From Fibrobacteria bacterium (lineage in GTDB: Bacteria; Fibrobacterota; Fibrobacteria; UBA11236): a DNA stretch of 64,000 nt. The notes below the pieces were generated by a model that did not search any database, was not told the DNA's origin, and saw only the letters and a list, made by a program, of their open reading frames with translations. Positions 10,792 to 20,021 of this stretch are shown one piece after another. The DNA is taken from contig JAYTHY010000036.1 of the NCBI GenBank assembly GCA_043732185.1, forward strand, positions 34,212 through 98,211, given 5' to 3'. The translations under genes and the position numbers were made by a program. Position 1 is the first letter of the stretch; every line of letters begins with the position of its first letter.

Positions 10792-11532
10792 TTGGAAAAG
10801 CCTGAATCCCGTCTTCCGGATATCGGTGTCATCCTCCCCGCGGGTGGGATGGGCATGCGTGCCGGAAGTGCTGAACCGAAACAGTTTGTGGCGCTGGGCA
10901 AGCGGGAGGCTATTTCTGGATCCGCTGCGGTAGCGGGAAAACCCATGCTTCTTTATACTGTGGAAGCCTTCCATCGATTGGAATTCGTTAAGTCCATCAT
11001 GCTGGTATTGCCGAATGAACGCATGGAAGAATATGCTGTCCGCCTTTCCGCGTTTCCAAAAGTAAAGCTGGTACCGGGAGGGGCGGAACGATGGGAATCC
11101 GTACGCAATGGTTTTGAAGCCTTGGATCCTGAGCTGCCTGTAATCCTTGTGCACGATGTGGCCCGTCCATTTGTATCGGAAGCTATCATTCGGCGGTGTT
11201 TGGCTGCCCTTGCTCCAGGGGCCTGCGTCATTGCAGCTATGCCTGCCTCGGACACCGTGAAGGAAATTTCCGGAGCGAGTATCACCCGAACCCTGGACAG
11301 AAAAAAACTGATACTGGTGCAGACGCCCCAGGTGTTCCCGCACGACCTCTTGAAAACCATCTATGCTGCGCCATGGGTGGGGGATGTGCCTACCGATGAA
11401 GCCCAAATGGCGGAACGCGCAGGGTTTGAGGTGCGCTGGGTGCTTGGAAACGAGAGTAACCGCAAAGTGACTGGGGCGGAGGATTTGCAATGGGCAGATT
11501 GGATGGCTAGCGATAGGAAGGTTAGACCATGA
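10792..11532 (+). CDS. ispD: 2-C-methyl-D-erythritol 4-phosphate cytidylyltransferase
   Basis: ILPAGGMGMR...PKQF, GGAERWESV, VHDVARPF, VQTPQ and NRKVT motifs. Confidence 0.93.
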   Translation: MEKPESRLPDIGVILPAGGMGMRAGSAEPKQFVALGKREAISGSAAVAGKPMLLYTVEAFHRLEFVKSIMLVLPNERMEEYAVRLSAFPKVKLVPGGAERWESVRNGFEALDPELPVILVHDVARPFVSEAIIRRCLAALAPGACVIAAMPASDTVKEISGASITRTLDRKKLILVQTPQVFPHDLLKTIYAAPWVGDVPTDEAQMAERAGFEVRWVLGNESNRKVTGAEDLQWADWMASDRKVRP

Positions 11533-12017
11533 TTAAGGTTGGAATCGGACAGGATAGCCATCGGATTCAAGAGCCGGCAGCAGGAAAAGCGTTGATGCTT
11601 GCGGGGGTGCGGTTATCGGAGCCCTATGCTCTGCTGGGCAACAGTGATTCCGATGTGGTTTTACACGCCATTACCAATGCTATCTCCGGGATTACCGGAA
11701 AGCCGATCTTGGGACCGGTGGCGGACCAGCTGTGCCGGACCGGCATTACGGATAGCGCTGTCTATCTGCAGAAGGCTTTGGAAGATTTGGATGGTATCGG
11801 TTACCGTCTCAGCCATGTTTCCGTAACACTGGAATGCCTGCGGCCCAAGATTTTGCCCTTGCTTCCCGCTCTAATTGCGCGTCTATCTGAATTGCTGGGG
11901 ATAAGCAATGAAGATATCGGCCTAACCGCGACATCCGGAGAAGGATTAACGGATTTCGGACGAGGTTTGGGGATTCAGGCGTTCGCATGCGTGACCGCCA
12001 TGCGTGACGACAGCTAG
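11529..12017 (+). CDS. ispF: 2-C-methyl-D-erythritol 2,4-cyclodiphosphate synthase
   Basis: GIGQDSHR, NSDSDVVLHAI and TATSGEGL motifs; ATGA overlap with ispD. Confidence 0.93.
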   Translation: MIKVGIGQDSHRIQEPAAGKALMLAGVRLSEPYALLGNSDSDVVLHAITNAISGITGKPILGPVADQLCRTGITDSAVYLQKALEDLDGIGYRLSHVSVTLECLRPKILPLLPALIARLSELLGISNEDIGLTATSGEGLTDFGRGLGIQAFACVTAMRDDS

Positions 12018-12028
12018 CTTGGCCGTAG

Positions 12029-12655
12029 CTACCTTGGCGGCAGATGAAAACGGAAGGCCATGCCTCCCGCTTCGATTTCATCGCCATCTTTGAGGTGCAC
12101 GGAAGTGATTTCTTCGCCGTTGACCTTAAGGTGGGAGAATCGCTTTACCAGTAGATTGATGATCCACATGGTGCCCTTGCGATCAATACTTGCAAATCCC
12201 TTGCCTACCATTAGTCCTGGAATATGAATATCATCAGTGCTGCTGTTTCCGAGGTAGGTGGTTTCCTTGACGAGAGGAATGGATTTGCCTGTCGCTTGGA
12301 CTACAAGGACCGGCTCATGGCCCACTATTGCGGATGCAGTGGGTGCAACTACCGGTTTGGATTCAGAGTCCAGAAATTCCAAGGCATGCTGGCCAATGGT
12401 GATGACATCATTGTGATTCAGCAGCCATTTGTGGACACGCTTTTTATTGACATACGTCCCGTTCAAGCTTTGCAAATCTTCCAATATGAAGACTTTCGTT
12501 TCAATATCACCTAGGATGAAGGCGTGCTTGCGGGAAATTCCCAAGTTTTCGATGCAAATAGGATGGGAGGGAAGCCGGCCTATGGTATTGAAACCGGGCT
12601 GCAATTGGCTTTCCCCAAGAATTTGGTTTTGAAAGCGGATGATGATTTTTGCCAT
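12029..12655 (-). CDS. Tandem FHA-domain protein
   Basis: First FHA has IGR, ISRKHA, SLNGTYVN and LNHNDVITIG. Second copy is degenerate (KVNGE...LKDGDEIEAG). Confidence 0.85.
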   Translation of the reverse strand: MAKIIIRFQNQILGESQLQPGFNTIGRLPSHPICIENLGISRKHAFILGDIETKVFILEDLQSLNGTYVNKKRVHKWLLNHNDVITIGQHALEFLDSESKPVVAPTASAIVGHEPVLVVQATGKSIPLVKETTYLGNSSTDDIHIPGLMVGKGFASIDRKGTMWIINLLVKRFSHLKVNGEEITSVHLKDGDEIEAGGMAFRFHLPPR

Positions 12656-12769
12656 GCAGTGTACTCTGGATTAATGCGGTACCCGGATTTTGTCCGCTCC
12701 TGACAGTCTCTACTGGAGATGGTCAGGTAATAATTGCTAGAATTGTAGCAACCCTCACCATTGGAATCA

Positions 12770-13618
12770 ATGAAGGCCATCAAGCCAATTTTCCTCGGTA
12801 CCCTCGGAGGCCTGGCCATGGTCGCGGTCTTGCTGGTTGGGCTTTATCTGTCGCCATTGCGGGAAACCGTTTATTTCCGCACTGACCCCGAAATGGCCCA
12901 AGTGCGTAGCCGACTCAACCAATACCGGGATTGGATGTCCCAAACGGATTTTCACATTGTTGAACAAGGGTCAAAGATTACCGATTCCTTGAAAACGGCC
13001 CAGGTCATAGCCTGGCAAGAGTACAAGAAATGGCGTGGCCATTTGGGTGAATTGGCGCGCGCACATGTTCGACCAACTGCCGAGGGATTCTGGACCTGGG
13101 CGTATTCCCTGCGTTACTGGGCACTACCGTTAGGCATTGTCCTAGCCCTAATGCCCCCGATTTGGGTGGCTTGGCGGTTCCGGCGTCGCTACCGACCTGG
13201 TCGGCTTCCCTCGCGTAGCAAACCTGTAGGCAGTGCCGCTAAGGCAAAGGCCATGACCTCTTTTCAGGATGCTGTGCAACAAATTGCCCGTATTTCCAGC
13301 CAGGACCGAAAGACTCCACCACCAGTGGACATATCACGTGAACCCGAAACGAAGCCTATCTCACTGATTCAGGAATCCGGTTTGGAGTCCACTTTTCCAT
13401 CCGGACTTTCTATGGAAGATGAAGATGGGGAAAGCGATGAGGAAGAATCGTTTAACGCGATGCCGCCTACGACAGAGGTGGAACTGGTGGAAAGGCGCAA
13501 GGCCGAAGTATTGAAATTGGCTCGGAAGGGTCTAACTTCCTCGGAGATTTCCAGGCGGCTAAGACTCAGCCAAGATCAGGTGGAATTCATTATTCGACTG
13601 CGCCGGGAAAAAGGCTAA
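12770..13618 (+). CDS. Membrane protein with C-terminal HTH-like tail
   Basis: Two hydrophobic segments, an acidic linker, and C-terminal VLKLARKGLTSSEISRRLRLSQDQVEFIIRL. Confidence 0.6.
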   Translation: MKAIKPIFLGTLGGLAMVAVLLVGLYLSPLRETVYFRTDPEMAQVRSRLNQYRDWMSQTDFHIVEQGSKITDSLKTAQVIAWQEYKKWRGHLGELARAHVRPTAEGFWTWAYSLRYWALPLGIVLALMPPIWVAWRFRRRYRPGRLPSRSKPVGSAAKAKAMTSFQDAVQQIARISSQDRKTPPPVDISREPETKPISLIQESGLESTFPSGLSMEDEDGESDEEESFNAMPPTTEVELVERRKAEVLKLARKGLTSSEISRRLRLSQDQVEFIIRLRREKG

Positions 13619-13756
13619 ACAGCGCTGATAAGAAAAATCAAGCTCAAATTACTCCAGTTTTAAGACCTCCAGGCAGCGTTACCTAGCTCAAAATATTCAA
13701 GTTATTGGGTCTAGCTACCGTATAATAAGCATAGGGTCTCCTTCTAGGCTTTCACT

Positions 13757-15751
13757 ATGGCTTCCTCTGATCCAAATCAAATTCAACCTATCCGATCCGG
13801 ATCGAGTAACGCATTGACTCCAAATGTTTTTTCCGGGACCGTTACCGGCATTACATTGGAAAAAGGGGTGCAAACTTTGGAAGTGCAATACGCACAAGGC
13901 AAGGTCCGGTTTGCTGCAGAGGGCGACTTTCAAGCTGGGGAAAAGGTGCGCATTTCCTTTCCTGGAGGCAATGCCATTCAGGTAGCACAATTGCCGACCG
14001 TGCCTGCCCAGGAAGAGTGGCAAGGCGCCGGCTACATTTTGCCCCAAAAACTTAATTCGCTACGTGGCTTCGAAGAGGCAATGGTCAAGTGGATGGCCAA
14101 TACGGAAACTCAAAGTATGGGTAGGACAGGAGGCGCCGGATCGCCTGCTCTATCAGCATCTTTGGCTCAATTGACACTGCCGGAATTGTTGATGAAAGTA
14201 ACTGGAAAAAATGGAGGCAAGGAATTCTTGGGGCAATCCTTGACTGGAATGGATCGCAATTTGATCGCGATCTTGATTGATGCACTGGAGGCTTCTAAGG
14301 GAGATCCGGGAGCCAAGTCGGCGGTTCTTGATATGCTTAAGTCTCAAAACCGGGGCAACGAATCGGTTGCTCCTGCTGGAGCTGCCAAAGGACTAAAAAA
14401 TCTGGATGGATTCTGGTCTGCGGAAGCGGGTACAGGCGCGTCACCGTGGTTTGGAAGGGTGATTGAAAAAGGAGAAGGCGAATCCTTTCTGTCCCCGCTT
14501 AATCGATTGCAATACGGTGGTCGAGGAGCGCCCACTCAAGGCGACTCCCTGTTTAGGTACGTGCTGGATGTGGGTGGAAGGAGCATGGAGGTTTTTTCCT
14601 CGCAATCCCTGGAACCGGGAGACTTAGCTGATTTTACGGTTGAAGCCCACGGCGGCCGGATGCAGGCCAAGTTCTTGGACCCGGCAGCGTCTTTGCCTGC
14701 TAGTTTGCGCACCGACTTTGCTACGGCTTCGCCCACTATGCGGCAGGCGGTTCAACTCGCCTCACATTACCTGAAAGAATTTAAGGATGAGCCCTATTCT
14801 GGACAGTTGGTCAAGGATTTCGCAGACCTTTTGGCGCAAAGTGGACGAATGGAAAAAGCTGCAAGCCCACTCAACACGGGGCGATCTCCTGGTCTACCGG
14901 ATCAAAAAGAGCTCGATGGATTGCTTCGCTTGTTTTTAACCTTTCCCCGTGATGGACTGGCGTCGGGCAAACAGGCCAAGGCCTGGAGTGAAGCCGCACG
15001 TGATCCACAAGCCATGACGGACATGCTTAAAAATCTGCGTCCCAATCAGGACAGCGCATTGTTGCGACCGGGTACAAACTTGCAATTCCCGAAAACTTCC
15101 GCAGACGCTTCGTTGGCGCTGGGTATGCCGTTACCGGGGGCAACAGGTGAAACCAATCCCTCCAATGCGGACCTTATGGCAGCTTGGCTGAAAAAGGTTT
15201 TGCCGGAACGATTTCACTCTCTAGATATCCACCGTTTGGCGGAAGAAAACCCCGCGTTGTCTTCCGCAGTCAGCAAAGACCCGGACTCGGCTAAGTTTCT
15301 TCTCCAAGCTGTCGTCAACGGGCTGCCTAGGGACAACGACATTCAGCAAGGCAAACCCTCCCAGTTCTACTTCTACCAAGGGCAAGATTGGCATGGTCTG
15401 CAAGTGACTTGGGAAAAAGGCAGTAGTCAAGGTTCAGATAGGAAATCCGGACCCAAGGAACCCCTAAAAGTCAGAGTGGAGACCCATGCCAAGCATATGG
15501 GCAAAGTGAATGTGGCGGTAACCCTAGACGATAAGGGTGCTAAAATCGATTTCAAGAATCAGTTTTATGATGTGCGCGAACTTTTAACCAAAGCCCTTCC
15601 CGAGCTTGAGAAGAGTTTGGACTACTTGGATTTCAAGATCATGGCCTGGACCTACGCCATTCTACCTGAAGAGCATCTTCCTACGACTTCCGAGGGTGCC
15701 GCGCGACCCGCGAATTTTTCCGATGGCATTAATCTGGATTTATTCGGCTGA
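13757..15751 (+). CDS. Flagellar hook-length control FliK-like protein
   Basis: 664 aa with a variable N-terminus. C-terminal ETHAKHMGKVNVAVTL...VRELLTKALPELEKSL matches the FliK_C pattern. Confidence 0.6.
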   Translation: MASSDPNQIQPIRSGSSNALTPNVFSGTVTGITLEKGVQTLEVQYAQGKVRFAAEGDFQAGEKVRISFPGGNAIQVAQLPTVPAQEEWQGAGYILPQKLNSLRGFEEAMVKWMANTETQSMGRTGGAGSPALSASLAQLTLPELLMKVTGKNGGKEFLGQSLTGMDRNLIAILIDALEASKGDPGAKSAVLDMLKSQNRGNESVAPAGAAKGLKNLDGFWSAEAGTGASPWFGRVIEKGEGESFLSPLNRLQYGGRGAPTQGDSLFRYVLDVGGRSMEVFSSQSLEPGDLADFTVEAHGGRMQAKFLDPAASLPASLRTDFATASPTMRQAVQLASHYLKEFKDEPYSGQLVKDFADLLAQSGRMEKAASPLNTGRSPGLPDQKELDGLLRLFLTFPRDGLASGKQAKAWSEAARDPQAMTDMLKNLRPNQDSALLRPGTNLQFPKTSADASLALGMPLPGATGETNPSNADLMAAWLKKVLPERFHSLDIHRLAEENPALSSAVSKDPDSAKFLLQAVVNGLPRDNDIQQGKPSQFYFYQGQDWHGLQVTWEKGSSQGSDRKSGPKEPLKVRVETHAKHMGKVNVAVTLDDKGAKIDFKNQFYDVRELLTKALPELEKSLDYLDFKIMAWTYAILPEEHLPTTSEGAARPANFSDGINLDLFG

Positions 15752-15813
15752 AGTGCATCCAGTCCCAAGCAAACCAACTAGGCAATAGAGCCGTTTCCTG
15801 CTAATTTTCCGAC

Positions 15814-16554
15814 ATGGGTCGTTATCGATTTGTAGTGGAGTATTTGGGGACAGGATTTGCGGGGTGGCAGGAACAGCCTGGCCAACTTACTGTGCAATCC
15901 GAACTGGAAAAGGCTCTAGCTATATGTCTGCGCACAGCTGTGACCGTAATAGGCGCAGGGCGCACGGACGCAGGCGTGCACGCTTCCGGTCAAGTGGCCC
16001 ACTTCGATTGCGACAAAATCATTGACGTGTATAAGATTGAAAAGTCAGTCAATGCTCTGACGCCGGACTCCCTTTTCATAAGGCGATTGGAGTCCTGCCC
16101 TTTGGATTTCCACGCCCGTTATTCGGCGGAGTCGCGACTTTACAAATATCGCATTGCTCTGCGGCCATCCGCTTTACTCGGACATATGGCTTGGTATACC
16201 GGATATCCATTGCAGCTGGATTTGTTTCGCCGGGAATTGGCGTCGGTGATTGGTCTACATGATTTTGTGGATTTTTCGGTGCCGAGAAAAGATGGCAAAA
16301 GCACCGAGTGCCAGGTCATCCGGGCAGAGATTCACGCCGAAGACACCTTTCTTATTGTGACGCTAGAAGCCAATCGATTTCTGCATAGAATGGTGCGATC
16401 GATTGTAGGCGCAGGTTTTGATGTGGCTCGGGAGAATTTGCCCGAGGGTCTGGTTCAAAGTATTCTCGCGGGCACCTTTAATGGCGAACGAACCTGGGCG
16501 CCGGCACAAGGACTTTCACTGGAAAAGGTTAGGTATCGAGATTATGAATATTAA
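15814..16554 (+). CDS. truA: tRNA pseudouridine(38-40) synthase
   Basis: EYLGTGFAGWQ, GAGRTDAGVHA, FHARYSA and FLHRMVRSIVG motifs. Confidence 0.97.
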   Translation: MGRYRFVVEYLGTGFAGWQEQPGQLTVQSELEKALAICLRTAVTVIGAGRTDAGVHASGQVAHFDCDKIIDVYKIEKSVNALTPDSLFIRRLESCPLDFHARYSAESRLYKYRIALRPSALLGHMAWYTGYPLQLDLFRRELASVIGLHDFVDFSVPRKDGKSTECQVIRAEIHAEDTFLIVTLEANRFLHRMVRSIVGAGFDVARENLPEGLVQSILAGTFNGERTWAPAQGLSLEKVRYRDYEY

Positions 16555-17647
16555 AACCATTGTTGCTTGCTTTTGCATGGAATTGTTGTCACTGCCTAGA
16601 GATTCGGCAGCCATTGGCTCCTCGCCATCCGAATCCCGACGTACCGCAATTGTGACTGCCACGGAATTGGCGGCTCCTGCCGTGGTGAGTATCACTGTAA
16701 AGAGCGCAACCGTTGTCGCGTATCAATCTCCATTTTTTCAAGATCCTTTTTTCGACTCTTTCGGTTCACAATATCGACGGGAAGAAATGAGCAGTCTTGG
16801 CTCAGGGGTCATTGCCACCAAAGAAGGCATAATCATCACCAATAGTCATGTGGTTGGTCAAAATCCCGGCGGTGAGTTATTGAGTATAACCGTCACGACT
16901 TCTGATGAAAGGCAGTTTCCGGCAAAATTGGTGGGCATGGATCCGGCCAATGATTTGGCCATATTAAAAATCAAAGGTGCTAACCTCCCCGTGGCGCAGC
17001 TGCAAAGTATTTCTGACAATATGATTGGGGAGTGGGTGGTAGCGATTGGAAATCCGTATGGCTATTTAATCGGCGATAACAAGCCTACCGTAACTGTGGG
17101 AGTCATTGGGGCGCTCAATCGCACATTTAGCAGTTCGAGTGGGATACACTATCATAAAATGATACAAACGGATGCAGCCATCAACCCCGGCAATTCTGGC
17201 GGTGCTTTAGTCAATACGGAGGGGAAAGTCATTGGAATCAACACTTTCATTTTTACTGGAGGCGGACAATCGCAGGGCTCCATTGGGCTTGGCTTCGCCA
17301 TTCCAATTCAGAAGGCCAAGCTTGTTATGGACGAGATAATCCGATTTGGCAAAATTAGAGAGTTTACCACTGGAATTTATGCCGATCCTCAGGGCAATCA
17401 AGGTCGACCGGGCGCTACTGTGACCGGGCTCGAAAAGAATTCTCCAGGGGAAAAAGCGGGTCTTAAGGCAGGTGATTTAATCTATGAGGTCGATGGAAAG
17501 AGGATCAACGACTTTGCTGATATTCGAGAGGTATTCAAGCTTTTTCAAGTGGGTGAATCAGTGGAACTGCTTTATCTTCGTTCCAAAGAGAAATGTAAAA
17601 CCACAATTATTTTGGAAGAAAAGGCCATGCGTCAAAAGGCCTTCTGA
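16544..17647 (+). CDS. HtrA/DegP-family serine protease with one PDZ domain
   Basis: GSGVI, TNSHVV, DLAILKI and QTDAAINPGNSGGAL motifs; PDZ SPGEKAGLKAGD. Start set at ATG 16544. Confidence 0.93.
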   Translation: MNIKTIVACFCMELLSLPRDSAAIGSSPSESRRTAIVTATELAAPAVVSITVKSATVVAYQSPFFQDPFFDSFGSQYRREEMSSLGSGVIATKEGIIITNSHVVGQNPGGELLSITVTTSDERQFPAKLVGMDPANDLAILKIKGANLPVAQLQSISDNMIGEWVVAIGNPYGYLIGDNKPTVTVGVIGALNRTFSSSSGIHYHKMIQTDAAINPGNSGGALVNTEGKVIGINTFIFTGGGQSQGSIGLGFAIPIQKAKLVMDEIIRFGKIREFTTGIYADPQGNQGRPGATVTGLEKNSPGEKAGLKAGDLIYEVDGKRINDFADIREVFKLFQVGESVELLYLRSKEKCKTTIILEEKAMRQKAF

Positions 17648-17698
17648 ATGGTTATATTGATAGGGCATGTTGAAAAATTCTGGGATCGGGGGCATTAA

Positions 17699-18013
17699 AT
17701 GATCATGGGCAAGTCCTCGAGTGTGGGCAGACTGGTTGTCTTTATCATACTTGGATTGATATTGGGTGGAATTCTGGGAGAGGTACTGGGACTCGTTCTG
17801 GGTCAAATAGGCGTACTGAGTGGGGGAGACATGAACAACCCCATCCGTAGCTTTTTTGTTGCTTCCTTTCAGCCGAGTTTGGGCATCAAAGACAATGGCA
17901 TATTAATTGATCTGTACATGGTAAAAGTCCGCCTTGGTCTTGGTTTTAAATTCAATTTTTGCAGCATAATTGGAATGATTTTCAGTCTCTACATCATGAA
18001 ATGGTCGAAGTAA
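17699..18013 (+). CDS. Small membrane protein (DUF4321-like)
   Basis: ILGLILGGILGEVL ... IDLYMVKVRLGLGFKFNFCSIIG pattern. Confidence 0.6.
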   Translation: MIMGKSSSVGRLVVFIILGLILGGILGEVLGLVLGQIGVLSGGDMNNPIRSFFVASFQPSLGIKDNGILIDLYMVKVRLGLGFKFNFCSIIGMIFSLYIMKWSK

Positions 18014-18019
18014 AAGCGT

Positions 18020-19441
18020 ATGGCAACAGTTTCCGAACTCGCAAAAAAAGTCAAATCCGGTGAAGTCACGTCGGAATCCTTAGTCACGGCCTCATTGACC
18101 AAAATCGCGGCGACCAGTGGATTCAATGCCTTCATCAGTGTCCTTGGTGAACAGGCTTTGGAACAATCGCGTTCCATCGACAAACGTCGGGCCGCTGGTG
18201 AAAAACTGGGCGCCTTGGCGGGTATTCCAATTGCCGTAAAAGACAATATCGTGATGTCGCAAGGGCGAACAACTTGCGGATCGAAAATCCTGGGTGAATT
18301 CCATTCGCCCTACAATGCCACTGCCATAGAGCGCCTGCTCGCCGCTGATGCGGTTCCGGTTGGTAAAACCAATATGGATGAGTTCGCGATGGGTTCCACT
18401 TCTGAGACCAGCGCTTTTGGTGCACCGCGTAATCCTTTGGATGAAAGCGTCATAGCAGGTGGATCGTCTGGAGGTTCGGCTGTGGCCGTCGCCTCAGGCG
18501 CAGTAGATATTTCTTTAGGATCGGATACCGGTGGTTCCATCCGGCAGCCTGCGGCTTGCTGCGGCATCGTGGGCATCAAACCCACTTACGGACGCGTCTC
18601 TCGTTATGGTCTTGTCGCCTACGCCTCGTCTTTGGATCAGATCGGTGCCTTCAGTCACCGTGTGGAAGATTCTGCTTTGCTGCTAAACGCCATTTGCGGA
18701 TGGGACAATCACGACGCAACGTCCGCACAAATTCCCGTTCCTGATTTTACCGCCTCTCTAGGTAAAGGGATTCAAGGTAAAGTGATTGGAATGCCCAAAG
18801 AAGCTTTTGGAGAAGGCCTAAGCCCTGTGGTGCGCGCCGCTGTGCAAAAAACCCTTGAGACTTTGGAGAAGAACGGCGCTGTAATCCGGGAAATTTCTAT
18901 TCCCAGTTTCAAGTATGCGATTGCCGCATACTATGTAATCGCCACCGCAGAAGCATCCGCCAACCTATCTCGTTTTGACGGCGTGCGTTATACCACCCGA
19001 GCCAAGGACGCCAAGGATCTGTTTGGTCTCTATTCCAAGACCCGGTCGCAGGGTTTCGGTGAGGAAGTCAAGAAGCGCATTCTCCTGGGCACCTATGTAC
19101 TCAGTTCCGGATTTTATGATGCCTATTATATGCAGGCACAAAAAGTGCGCAGGCTGATTACCGACGACTTCAACAAGGCATTTGAAACATGCGATGTGGT
19201 AGCCACTCCCACCATGCCGGACTTGCCCCAAAAGGTCGGCAACATAGAAGCCGATCCCATGGCGCAGTACTTGGGGGATATCTATACGGTGGCGGTAAAC
19301 TTGGCGGGACTACCTGCCATCTCGCAGCCCATCGGCCGCGCAGGCAAGTTGTCCATCGGTCTTCAATACATCGGCAAAGCCTTCCAAGAAGAATCCCTGT
19401 TCCAAATTGCCGGTGCCACCGAAAAACTTTGCGCGGCATAA
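18020..19441 (+). CDS. gatA: Asp/Glu-tRNA amidotransferase subunit A
   Basis: AVKDNI, GKTNMDEFAMGS, GGSSGGSA, GSDTGGSIRQPA and GFGEEVKKRILLGTY motifs. Confidence 0.97.
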   Translation: MATVSELAKKVKSGEVTSESLVTASLTKIAATSGFNAFISVLGEQALEQSRSIDKRRAAGEKLGALAGIPIAVKDNIVMSQGRTTCGSKILGEFHSPYNATAIERLLAADAVPVGKTNMDEFAMGSTSETSAFGAPRNPLDESVIAGGSSGGSAVAVASGAVDISLGSDTGGSIRQPAACCGIVGIKPTYGRVSRYGLVAYASSLDQIGAFSHRVEDSALLLNAICGWDNHDATSAQIPVPDFTASLGKGIQGKVIGMPKEAFGEGLSPVVRAAVQKTLETLEKNGAVIREISIPSFKYAIAAYYVIATAEASANLSRFDGVRYTTRAKDAKDLFGLYSKTRSQGFGEEVKKRILLGTYVLSSGFYDAYYMQAQKVRRLITDDFNKAFETCDVVATPTMPDLPQKVGNIEADPMAQYLGDIYTVAVNLAGLPAISQPIGRAGKLSIGLQYIGKAFQEESLFQIAGATEKLCAA

Positions 19442-19456
19442 CTCGACCCATCCAGA

Positions 19457-20017
19457 ATGAGGCTTCAGAATAGCTCCGCAATTCTGTTAGCCGGTTTCCT
19501 CTTATCCGCTTGCGGTCCCCGAGTCCGGCCGTATTTCGTCCGTTCCGCAGGCAGGTATGTGATGCCAAATGCCTCTGCGAAACCCACAGCAGTGCGACCG
19601 GCGCTGGCGGCAGGCTCCTTCGCTCCAATCCTAGGCCGGGAAAATTCCAGACTGCGTAAAGTAGCTGAATCGTATTTAGGGGTGCCGTATCATTTTGGTG
19701 GCCAGAGCCGATCCGGCATTGATTGTTCCGGCTTTGTGCGCCAGGTGTTTTCGGAAGCCTACGGCATAGACTTGCCGCATAATGCATTGGCCATGTCACT
19801 TCAAGGGAATGCTGTTGCTAAGAGAGATCTCAAGCCGGGCGATCTGGTATTCTTCAAGCATTTCTGGATTATCGATCATACCGGCATTTACATGGGCAAT
19901 AACTATTTCATCCACTCCGCAACCAGTATCGGTGTTGCCTATTCCAGTCTGGAAGCGCCCTACTTTGTGGATCATTATGCCGGGGCCCGACGGATACCGG
20001 GGATTACTAAATTATAA
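19457..20017 (+). CDS. NlpC/P60 peptidoglycan endopeptidase lipoprotein
   Basis: Lipobox LLSAC; YLGVPYHFGG, GIDCSGF, PGDLVFF and HTGIY motifs. Confidence 0.92.
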   Translation: MRLQNSSAILLAGFLLSACGPRVRPYFVRSAGRYVMPNASAKPTAVRPALAAGSFAPILGRENSRLRKVAESYLGVPYHFGGQSRSGIDCSGFVRQVFSEAYGIDLPHNALAMSLQGNAVAKRDLKPGDLVFFKHFWIIDHTGIYMGNNYFIHSATSIGVAYSSLEAPYFVDHYAGARRIPGITKL

Positions 20018-20021
20018 ACCT

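Noticed and set aside
10510..11490. 326-aa minus-strand ORF
   Set aside because: It is an antisense shadow of argG/ispD with no recognisable motifs. The same applies to most short overlapping ORFs in the track.
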